Origin: an uncultured Candidatus Saccharibacteria bacterium
Lineage (GTDB): Bacteria; Patescibacteriota; Saccharimonadia; Saccharimonadales; UBA10212
Direction of reading: 5' to 3'
Length of the DNA: 64,000 bases
Assembly (NCBI GenBank): GCA_965231085.1
Contig: OZ246413.1
Coordinates: forward strand, 475,234 to 539,233
The position numbers and the translations under genes were made by a program. Every line of letters begins with the position of its first letter. Position 1 is the first letter of the stretch. The notes beneath the pieces are model-generated. The model saw only the letters and a program-made list of their open reading frames with translations. It had not been told where the DNA came from and searched no databases. Positions 43,486 through 51,547 of the stretch are shown one piece after another.

Positions 43486-44283
43486 TTAATCTTTACTCCC
43501 ATCCCTTTGCCAACGCTTAGCGCTCTCAACAATGCTGCTGAAAGTATCGTAGTTTAGGCTAGCCCCTCCAATTAGAAATCCATCTACACCCTCTATGTTT
43601 AGAAAGCCGTGCACAACGTCTGGCACTACGCTACCACCGTACAATATTCGAATTTCTTTGGCGGCTTTTGGCCCAAAAACATCATTAATATAGCTCCGTA
43701 TGTAGTCGGTTGCTTGCTGGACCTGATCGGGTTTGGCTATATCATGGCCGGCATAATTACTGCCATTGCTAATTGCCCAAACTGGCTCATAGGCAATAAC
43801 CATGTCGCCAACTTCGGCAGGAGTCAGGTTAGACAGAGCGGTCATTAACTGATCATGCAATACCTGTTTGGTCTCGTGCTCTTCTCTTTCATGCTTGGTC
43901 TCGCCGACACACAGTATTGGTACAATCTCGTTACGAACAGCTGCTGCTACTTTGTCTCGAATTAGCGACAAATCTTCGTGAAAAATATGTCGACGTTCAG
44001 AATGCCCAATAATCCCGTAATGAACTAGGTCGCGCAGCATCGTAAAGCTTACCTCGCCCGTAAATGCACCCTCGTCCTTGTGGTATGCATTTTGTGAGGC
44101 CAGCCTAAATTTACGGCGGTCTATCTGGATACTCATAGGCTGCAAAGTTAGCATGCTGGGAGCCAGAACCACCTCTATGTCTCTATGGATTGCAATGCGT
44201 TCTTCTAACCTATGGACAAGCAGGCTAGCTTCGCTAGCGTTCAAGTGCATTTTCCAGTTTCCAACAATTAGTAATCTTCTCAT
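43486..44283 (-). CDS. tpiA: triosephosphate isomerase
   Basis: GNWKMH, IGHSERR, YEPVWAI. The ATG at 44283 gives the canonical MRRLLIVGNWKMH start; the track ORF is extended to 44379. Confidence 0.9.
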   Translation of the reverse strand: MRRLLIVGNWKMHLNASEASLLVHRLEERIAIHRDIEVVLAPSMLTLQPMSIQIDRRKFRLASQNAYHKDEGAFTGEVSFTMLRDLVHYGIIGHSERRHIFHEDLSLIRDKVAAAVRNEIVPILCVGETKHEREEHETKQVLHDQLMTALSNLTPAEVGDMVIAYEPVWAISNGSNYAGHDIAKPDQVQQATDYIRSYINDVFGPKAAKEIRILYGGSVVPDVVHGFLNIEGVDGFLIGGASLNYDTFSSIVESAKRWQRDGSKD

Positions 44284-44352
44284 ATTTTTTGTATTTCCCA
44301 CCCCAAGGGAAAAGAGCAGCCCGAGTGACGATTTTATTTCGCACCCGGCGCG

Positions 44353-44379
44353 ATGAGGACAACCTGCGGTTTTCCTCAT
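44353..44379 (+). repeat. conserved-loop hairpin, copy 1 (pgk-tpiA spacer)
   Basis: ATGAGGA-caacctgcggttt-TCCTCAT. The 19-mer ggacaacctgcggttttcc (44357-44375) is identical to 63077-63095, and the stems differ by compensatory changes. Confidence 0.6.
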
Positions 44380-44412
44380 AAGCGTAAGCGCTAATTTTAT
44401 TGTACACGATTT

Positions 44413-45717
44413 TTATTTGTCTTGAAGGGCTTCGTAAGCTGGTAGTTTATGCCCGGCCATTAGTTCCAGGCTAGCGCTACCCCCCGTAGAGACGTGGTTA
44501 AAGTCTTTTATTAGATTTTGGGACTCAACATATTCGACCGTATCGCCACCGCCAACTACGGTAAATGGCTTGTTGGCATGGCTGTTACTGATACCAATCA
44601 TTGCCTGGACTATTGTTTTTGTCCCTTGAGCAAACGGCTCGTCGCCAGCTACTGGGCCCTTTGTCTCGGTTATACCCATGGTGCCGCTCCATACCGCCGT
44701 TTTACTCATCCTAATAGCCCCAGCAAACAAACTGGCACTCATCGGACCAATATCTAAGATTTTCTCGTTTGCTCCAATGCTATAACTTCGCTCGGTAGGT
44801 TTTTTGGGATAGCTTACAAGGCTCGCAAAGCTATGAGCAGTCAGATCAACTATTCGGATTGGTTGCTTGCCATCAGGCGACTCGCTGACAACCACATCAT
44901 TTGGTAATAAAAAGTTAAAGCCTCTGGTTTTTTCAGCCCGTTCGGCAGCCTCTAGTAAATCTTTAGCTAGTCCGAGCGACCCGTCGTCGACTAAACTGGC
45001 GCCAATTTTTATCCGCTTGGCTCTTAAAAAATCATTGGCTAGGGCCCCGCCGATTGCCACACAGTCAGCGATTTCTATAAATTTTGCTATCACATCAATT
45101 TTATCCGGTATCTTTGCGCCACCAACAACTGCCATAAAAGGTCGTTTAGGATCTTTCATTACTTGCTCGATGATAGTTATCTCTTTTTCAAGCAATAACC
45201 CAGCGACCGAAGGCAGGAGCTTAGTGATAGCTTCTGTACTAGCATGAGCCCGGTGGGAAACACCAAAAGCCTCCTGCACAAACACCTCTGCACCAGTTGC
45301 CTCGACGATTGCTTTGGCAAAGCCTAGATCATTTTTTTCTTCCTCTGGGTGAAAACGCAAATTTTCTAACAATATAACTGCTGATTCTGGGGCTTTTTGA
45401 ATGGCTGTTTTTACGATGTCGCCGATGCAGTCGTTCACGAATTCGACCTTTTTATCTAATATTTTTGATAGCCGCGTGGCCACTGGTGCCAAACTAAGAG
45501 ATACGTCTGGCTTGCCCTCCGGCCTACCAAGGTGAGAAATAATAATAAGTTTACTGGCACCAGCATTTTCAATGGCCTTGATGGAATCAATAGATTCCTG
45601 AATGCGGTAATCGTCTATGACTTGGTCATTTTTTATACTGACATTGTAGTCAGCCCGCATTAGCACAATCTTGCCAGCAAGATTTAAGTCACGAATTGTT
45701 TTTTTGCTAAAGCTCAA
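44413..45717 (-). CDS. pgk: phosphoglycerate kinase
   Basis: RADYNV, SHLGRPEGK, VVGGGDTV. 434 aa. Confidence 0.9.
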   Translation of the reverse strand: MSFSKKTIRDLNLAGKIVLMRADYNVSIKNDQVIDDYRIQESIDSIKAIENAGASKLIIISHLGRPEGKPDVSLSLAPVATRLSKILDKKVEFVNDCIGDIVKTAIQKAPESAVILLENLRFHPEEEKNDLGFAKAIVEATGAEVFVQEAFGVSHRAHASTEAITKLLPSVAGLLLEKEITIIEQVMKDPKRPFMAVVGGAKIPDKIDVIAKFIEIADCVAIGGALANDFLRAKRIKIGASLVDDGSLGLAKDLLEAAERAEKTRGFNFLLPNDVVVSESPDGKQPIRIVDLTAHSFASLVSYPKKPTERSYSIGANEKILDIGPMSASLFAGAIRMSKTAVWSGTMGITETKGPVAGDEPFAQGTKTIVQAMIGISNSHANKPFTVVGGGDTVEYVESQNLIKDFNHVSTGGSASLELMAGHKLPAYEALQDK

Positions 45718-45774
45718 AGGTTTCCCACCATTTTTATATCTGTAATTAGTATGTCAAAAAGCTTCTTGTAAATC

Positions 45775-45806
45775 CAACAAAAAAGACCTCTCGGTTAGAG
45801 AAGTCC
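45775..45806 (-). terminator. intrinsic terminator following element copy 1
   Basis: Minus strand reads GACTTCTC-TAACC-GAGAGGTC followed by TTTTTG, starting 3 nt after the CCA of the duplicated tRNA end. Confidence 0.6.
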
Positions 45807-45809
45807 CTT

Positions 45810-46002
45810 TTGGTGATCCCAAGGGGAGTCGAGTCACCTTCGGCGACCCCCGAACTTCTCGATTGCCAACAAGTTGGTATCGGAAGATTCGTTTCCGAAC
45901 TGCCTTCTTGGCAGTTCTCACCCTATTGCCTCCGGCAATTAGTATTCGACGCTCAGTGAAATCAATCTAAAAAGCCCACCCTATCGGGTGAGCATTTTAG
46001 AT
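45810..46002 (-). repeat. 193-bp tRNA-3'-end-linked structured element, copy 1 (downstream of tRNA-Glu)
   Basis: 45810-45831 is identical to the last 22 nt of tRNA-Glu (46003-46024). The conserved core is shared with 55678-55788 (identical blocks ggcgacccccgaacttct, ttcgtttccgaactgcc, ggcagttctcaccc). No ORF. Confidence 0.75.
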
Positions 46003-46077
46003 TGGTGATCCCAAGGGGAGTCGAACCCCTATTGCCGGGATGAAAACCCGATTTCCTAACCATTAGAAGATGGGACC
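46003..46077 (-). tRNA. tRNA-Glu (anticodon UUC)
   Basis: Hand-folded cloverleaf: acceptor GGTCCCA/TGGGATC, anticodon arm TCGGG-TTTTCAT-CCCGG, T-arm AGGGG-TTCGACT-CCCCT, encoded CCA. Confidence 0.85.
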
Positions 46078-46368
46078 TGAACAGAGGGATTTTAGCACAA
46101 TCACCCCTGATTTACCAAAAAACCCTCATAAGCTACTCCACCTAGCTTAGAGGGTAATTGGTTTTTTAGATTTTAGTTTTTTAGTGTCTACTTGCGCAGA
46201 CTAGAGCGGTCAGTCACGATTACTCTAACTAAACACTAGCACAATACGGCTAGTTTGGCAACCCCGAACCAAAATCTTGAGGCTTCGAGATTGGGATATT
46301 CTCCCTCTTCTAGCCTCAGGATTTGGTCACGGGGCAGGACCGTTTGTCCACACCCTCTTTAGGAGTGC

Positions 46369-47193
46369 TTAGTCACGATTTCTACGGTTACGCACAGCGT
46401 AATGTAGGGCTGCACCAGCCGCACTAGAACCAGCGAAAATTCCTAGAACATCGCCAGGACCAGTATTTGGTAGAGCCTTAGTTGTAGTAGCAGCAGCAGT
46501 CGTTACTGTAGGAGTAACTGGAGCTGTTGGCATACTAACAACTGCGGTAAAGGTAACTATCGCAGAGTACTCAAAGCATCCATGCCAGTCACCAAAGTTT
46601 GCAACTAAGGTACTAGGGTTTGTGAAGTTTGCAATGTGAATCGGTGCAGTCACAAAAGGGCCCTGACCATTTTGACGGTAAGTAGCCATTACTGGCGCGT
46701 TGGTGTCGAAAGTTAAGGTAAATGGACGAGCACCATTAAGGTCAACCGTATCGTTGACGTAACGTGGGTTGGCATTGTCGGCACTGATTTGGGCTGCAGC
46801 CTGTTGGCTTGTACGAGCACCCTGGGGTAGCATGACAAGCATTTGAGTGTTTAAAGCTGTAGCAGCACTAACACCAATCGCATTTGGGTTGGCGTCGTTA
46901 TGGATATATACACGCATAGTAATGCGCTGACCATCCGTAACGTTCATATTGTCTAGATATGCACCGTTAGACGAAGCATCTCTAGCATCAAAGAAAGCAC
47001 GTTCGTCGCCGTAGTTAACAGCGTTCGTGATTGAGTTAAATGTTACATAGTTCGCACCAGCACAACTCGTAGCACTCGCACACTGGAAAGTGGCACGATC
47101 TGATGGGGCGTAACCGGCAAACACACTAGCTGGCATGGCGATCAAAACGAAAGCCGATACAAAACTAGCTAAAGCAAGTTTAAATTTGTTCAT
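46369..47193 (-). CDS. LPXTG-anchored surface protein
   Basis: Signal peptide, then a C-terminal LPNTG, a hydrophobic stretch and RNRRNRD (a sortase sorting signal). Confidence 0.7.
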   Translation of the reverse strand: MNKFKLALASFVSAFVLIAMPASVFAGYAPSDRATFQCASATSCAGANYVTFNSITNAVNYGDERAFFDARDASSNGAYLDNMNVTDGQRITMRVYIHNDANPNAIGVSAATALNTQMLVMLPQGARTSQQAAAQISADNANPRYVNDTVDLNGARPFTLTFDTNAPVMATYRQNGQGPFVTAPIHIANFTNPSTLVANFGDWHGCFEYSAIVTFTAVVSMPTAPVTPTVTTAAATTTKALPNTGPGDVLGIFAGSSAAGAALHYAVRNRRNRD

Positions 47194-47276
47194 ATTAGTT
47201 CCTTTCTGAGGAAGTTAAATTAAGTTAAGTATAGTTGGAAAGAGACAAAACCAGATAGTTATTGAGCTTGAAAGTT

Positions 47277-47357
47277 GGCTGCCGGGACTCTTAAATTCGC
47301 TGGTTAAAGCGAAGAGTCACCGGCAGCCGGTGGAGGATCCCCCGAGGGGGACCCTCC
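47277..47357 (-). terminator. two consecutive GC-rich hairpins ending cassette D
   Basis: GGAGGGTCCCCC-TCG-GGGGGATCCTCC (47332-47357) and the long imperfect hairpin GGCTGCCGG...CCGGCAGCC (47277-47328), both just downstream of the stop at 47387. Confidence 0.5.
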
Positions 47358-47386
47358 AACCGAGCTACCGTTGTCGAACGTGGCGG

Positions 47387-48931
47387 TCACCCGCCGATGC
47401 AGTTGCCCATCTGGTCGGCCGGGGCGAACCCGATGGTGCCGTTCAGATGCCAGCACTGCTGGTTGCCTGAGCCGGTTGAACCGGGCGAGCCGCCCGCACC
47501 CACCGAGCCTCCGGGGCCGTTGCCGACCCCGAGGGACGGATTCTTGGGCTGCGGGGTGATGGGTGTCGTGGTGGTCGGCGGCGTGGTGGTCGGGGGAGAC
47601 TGGGTCGTCTCCGTGACCTGATTGTTGAACTTCAGGTCTCCCGACACGCCGACGATCCAGGTCCTACACAGCTGCCCGTCCTTGGGCTGCATGTGCATCC
47701 CTGCGAGCCAGTCGCTGCGCTCGCAGGCCTTGATCTTGGTGCCCTTCACGACGGGGATGGGAGTGCCATCGGCGTACGGAAGGATGTGGGGCTGGCAGTC
47801 GATAGCGGCGATGTTCGAGTCGAACTCGGCACCGTTGTCGACCGTGACCTTGAGCGGCAGCTTGATGCCGGCGTAGCCGGCGTAGTCGGCTGCCACTGCA
47901 GGCCCGGAGGCCTTGGTCAGGCACTTGCTCACTCCGGCGATGCCGGAGGTCGGGATGGCGGGGCTGGTCACGACTCCGCCCTTCTTCGGACGGTTGTAGA
48001 AGATCCAGTCGTTGCCTGCCCGATCGACGTGATCGAGCACCCAGTCCTTCGCCGGCACCTCGGACACGACACACTTGGCGCCGGCCGGGATACCGTAGTG
48101 GATGGGCTGACCGTTGTTCCAGCGGCGAACCTGCTGGTATGACGACGGGTTTGTGCAACGGATATCGAACAGGAAGTTGACGCGCCCGGTGAACCCGAGC
48201 GTGATCTTCCTGATCGAGCCACGGCTGGGCTTCGGAGCGGCCTTCGCTGGCCCGCAGTTGAGGGTGTTCTTGTTCCCCCCGACCTGCGAGCAGTTGTCGG
48301 CCGTGATGATGCCACCGCAGCCTGCGACGACTGCACCAGGGCTGTTGGTGACGGTCACCTTGCACCCCGCGGGGGGATTGCCTTGGGTGACCGTCTTAGC
48401 CGGTGCCGGTGCCGGCGTCGACTTCTTGACGGTGGGCGGCGGAGCCGCGACACGCGCGATCGGCACGACGTTCGAGCAGACCATCGCGAACTTCACGATG
48501 ATCTTGCCGCCGTCAGGCAGTACACCCGTGACCTTCCAGGCCGCGAGCGTCCCACCGGTGAGCCGACCGCTCACGAAGGTCTCGTGAGCGCCGGACATGA
48601 CGCCGAAGTAGCTGTTCTGCAGGATCCAGTCCTTGGTCGCCGACGAGGCACCCTTGATCAGGGCCGTCTGCTCGGCGGGGCTGAGACCCGCGCAGTGCAT
48701 CGCCCGCTTGCCGGCCGTGCTCGAGAGCGCGGAGTGAAGCTGGCTGGGGCTGTAGACCCCACCCTTGACGACTGCGTCGCCTCCGGGATGCCGCCAGTCG
48801 GCCTGTCGGACCTTGCAGTCGGCAGGAACACGGAACTGCGGGTTTGCCGCGGACGCGCTGAGCGCGCCGAACGCGGCGAGAATGGCCGCGACCACCAAAG
48901 CGGTGATTGCGGACTTCTTCGTAACGGCCAT
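47387..48931 (-). CDS. 514-aa secreted Cys-rich protein with a Pro/Thr linker, GC-rich cassette D
   Basis: GGAGGTGG lies 6 nt before the ATG at 48931. Signal peptide MAVTKKSAITALVVAAILAAFGALSASA. PPTTTPPTTTTP linker and a Gly-rich C-terminus. Several overlapping ORFs in other frames are high-GC artefacts. Confidence 0.75.
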   Translation of the reverse strand: MAVTKKSAITALVVAAILAAFGALSASAANPQFRVPADCKVRQADWRHPGGDAVVKGGVYSPSQLHSALSSTAGKRAMHCAGLSPAEQTALIKGASSATKDWILQNSYFGVMSGAHETFVSGRLTGGTLAAWKVTGVLPDGGKIIVKFAMVCSNVVPIARVAAPPPTVKKSTPAPAPAKTVTQGNPPAGCKVTVTNSPGAVVAGCGGIITADNCSQVGGNKNTLNCGPAKAAPKPSRGSIRKITLGFTGRVNFLFDIRCTNPSSYQQVRRWNNGQPIHYGIPAGAKCVVSEVPAKDWVLDHVDRAGNDWIFYNRPKKGGVVTSPAIPTSGIAGVSKCLTKASGPAVAADYAGYAGIKLPLKVTVDNGAEFDSNIAAIDCQPHILPYADGTPIPVVKGTKIKACERSDWLAGMHMQPKDGQLCRTWIVGVSGDLKFNNQVTETTQSPPTTTPPTTTTPITPQPKNPSLGVGNGPGGSVGAGGSPGSTGSGNQQCWHLNGTIGFAPADQMGNCIGG

Positions 48932-49254
48932 CGAAACCACCTCCTAGGTGATCGCGGTTTGTCGGGTGGCCTACCCGATCTGCTAGGCTTAGCAAGACAC
49001 AAAACCAATAAATAATTACGGGCTTGGTGTCTTGCTAGACTCTAAAACAGATGAACATTGGTAGTCGGTTATGTGGGTATTAAAACCCAATAACTATCTA
49101 GTTTGCTCTAATTTAGTATTTGTTATCTAAATCAGGTACAAACAGTCTGAATTGTTAAGGGATTCCCTCCTCCACCTCTGTGGCGAAGATGACCATATTC
49201 TAACAGATGTGAATACTTTTGTCAATATGCTTGTGTTTTTTAAGATGTTTATAA

Positions 49255-49995
49255 ATGAAAAGGCCCTCCGGGTGGAGGGCCTAGGGCTGTGGGGAGCGCT
49301 ACAAAGCGCTGCGCCCAAGCGGGAGCTTCGTATCCGAGCACGCTTATCGACGAATGCCGACCAGGTGCTCTAGGAGAGCTCTACCAAAGTTGGTCGAAGA
49401 CGCGAGGGGGCCGTACCTCTGTGGTGTACGGCCCCCTATCGGGCTGTGGGCGCTGATGATTTGCGCCCTTGGCTGCAAGGGATTTAGCGTCCCCGCAGCT
49501 TCTTGCCATGAGCCATACTATCTGCTCATGAAACTTCGCTGACCAGGGTTATGCCACACCCTGTTGCGTAGTCAGCGAAGGGTGCCAAAGTGAAGGCTGC
49601 GTAACTCCGCCGGTTGAGCTTTCGCGCCATGGAGCCGCTTTGACACCATTGTCGGAGACAGCTCCGCCAGGACTGCCTCCGACACCTTTCGCCCAGTGTG
49701 ATTCGGTCCCACCACTACTCGACACTATCGAGCTGGAGACTGTCTTTACCACACTGGGCGAACTTATGCTGCAAATATGTGGGCTGAATGACCTCCCGTA
49801 TCATCCAGCCCGGTCGGGGACTACCCCTTCTGTCACGGCACGAGGCTTGTTGCGCAACTACCCCGTACTGAATCGAACGAAATAACGAAAAGCGGTGCCT
49901 GCAAGTTACAGCCTCTCGGCTTTTGGGAGAACTCGCCCGGCCCCCAGCTTTGAAACACTGGACGCTCTCTGAACGCTACTTTTCTTCGTTCGACC
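49255..49995 (-). ncRNA. candidate large structured non-coding RNA (family unknown; strand tentative)
   Basis: GC-enriched with no ORF over 81 aa in any frame. Many perfect helices (49534-43/49571-80, 49406-16/49426-36, 49692-700/49750-58). Minus-strand terminator AGGCCCTCC-ACCC-GGAGGGCCT followed by TTTTCATTT at 49261-49282. Confidence 0.45.
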
Positions 49996-50182
49996 GACAT
50001 TTTTACTATGAGCAGACAGTAAGACATTTTGTCCTAGTGTCTGCTCATAGCATTGTTTTCTTCGACCAAAAAGTTAAGTAACTCTCAAGGATTAAAAAAT
50101 TAATATCCTTAAGCCGCATTAGAATATACAACATCCCAACTCTTTAGGCAATACCCTCTAGTGACTTGCGGCTGATATACTA

Positions 50183-51547
50183 ATGCTTATGAAAATCGCG
50201 ATTGTCGGCTGGGGGGTAGAAGGTCAAAGCGCTTATAAGTATTTTGGCCCGGACCACGATTATTTAATCGTTAACGAGGAGCCTCGCACCGACTTTCCGA
50301 CCGCAACTTCAAAAGTTAAAATCCAGTTTGTAAATAAGCCAAGAACGCCCGGAATCACCAGCAACGTCGCCGATACCAGCTATTTAGAAGGTATAAATAA
50401 TTGCGACAAAATCGTATATACTCCTACGTCACGCAAAGCTTTAGAAAAAGTCTTTAAACCAGATGACGATATCTGGCAAAAGTGTACTACCAACCTGGCT
50501 ATTTTCTTTGAAAATATAAAAACAAAAAATATCATTGGGGTAACCGGCACTAAAGGTAAGGGCACTACCTCTACTCTTATCTATAAGATGTTACAAGCTA
50601 GCGGTAAAAAAGTATTCCTCGGCGGCAACATTGGCAACAGCCCCTTAGATTTTATTCATGAAGTCACAGAAAACGACTGGGTTGTTATAGAGATGAGCAG
50701 CTTCCAGCTGTATAAGTTCCCCTATTCACCGCATATTGCTGTTTGTCTGATGATAATACCCGAGCATCTGGATTGGCATTCTGATTTCGAGGAGTATGTT
50801 GAGGCAAAATCTAATATCTTTAAACATCAAAAGCCTGAGGATTTTGCTATTTATTTTGAGAACAACAAGGACTCGGCCCATATCGCCGGTGAATCGGTCG
50901 GGAGAAAGATTCCCTATTTTGAACCACCGGGAGCGTTTGTCCGCGACGAAGGGATTATTAGTGTTGGCCAAGATGAAACAGAAGTAATATCAACCCGTGA
51001 AATTAAACTAATAGGCCAACACAATTTACAAAATGTTTGTGCCGCTATCACCGCTGTTTGGCAGATAGCCCAAGATGTTAGAGCAATCAAAAGTGTATTA
51101 ACAACATTTACTGGTCTAGAGCACCGGTTAGAGTTCGTCCGTGAGCTAAATGGAGTCAAATACTACGACGACTCCTTCGGTACTACTCCGGACACAGCCA
51201 TTGTTGCCCTTCGCTCTTTTAGCCAGCCAGTTATCTTGATAGTCGGCGGATCAGATAAAGGCGCCAGCTTTGAGACTCTAACAGATGAAATCGTAAAAGA
51301 TAGGGTGTCTGCTGCTATAACTATCGGTAATACGGGGCCGATCATAGCTGAGCAGCTTAGCAAGAAAGGTTTTAAAAATATTATTCCGGGGTTAACAACT
51401 ATGGATGAGATTGTTCAGGCAGCTCGGGGAGCAGCAAAGCCAGGCAGTATCGTCCTCTTGTCCACCGGCTGCGCTAGTTTTGGTATGTTTAAAGATTACA
51501 AGGACCGGGGTGATCAGTTTAAGCGAGCGGTCTTAACACTCTCTTAA
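50183..51547 (+). CDS. murD: UDP-N-acetylmuramoylalanine--D-glutamate ligase
   Basis: Mur ligase P-loop GVTGTKGKGTT, 454 aa. An extended -10 (TGATATACT) lies at 50173-50181. Confidence 0.9.
   Translation: MLMKIAIVGWGVEGQSAYKYFGPDHDYLIVNEEPRTDFPTATSKVKIQFVNKPRTPGITSNVADTSYLEGINNCDKIVYTPTSRKALEKVFKPDDDIWQKCTTNLAIFFENIKTKNIIGVTGTKGKGTTSTLIYKMLQASGKKVFLGGNIGNSPLDFIHEVTENDWVVIEMSSFQLYKFPYSPHIAVCLMIIPEHLDWHSDFEEYVEAKSNIFKHQKPEDFAIYFENNKDSAHIAGESVGRKIPYFEPPGAFVRDEGIISVGQDETEVISTREIKLIGQHNLQNVCAAITAVWQIAQDVRAIKSVLTTFTGLEHRLEFVRELNGVKYYDDSFGTTPDTAIVALRSFSQPVILIVGGSDKGASFETLTDEIVKDRVSAAITIGNTGPIIAEQLSKKGFKNIIPGLTTMDEIVQAARGAAKPGSIVLLSTGCASFGMFKDYKDRGDQFKRAVLTLS

Noticed and set aside
47371-49015. About ten overlapping ORFs (60-233 aa) on both strands inside cassette D.
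   Set aside because: Same high-GC artefact. They are Arg/Gly/Pro-rich and lack an RBS. Only the 47387-48931 minus frame has an SD, a signal peptide and GC3 bias.
49255-49995. Interpretation of the structured GC-rich region as RNase P RNA, tmRNA, SRP RNA or a group II intron.
   Set aside because: The closest match to the P4 5' strand is GGAGGCAGTCCTGGC, and no complementary ACAGAAxCCGGCTTA-type 3' strand exists. The tmRNA is unambiguously at 36792-37201. There is no GGAA helix-8 motif, and no GUGYG 5' end or domain V. It is kept as an unknown ncRNA candidate instead.
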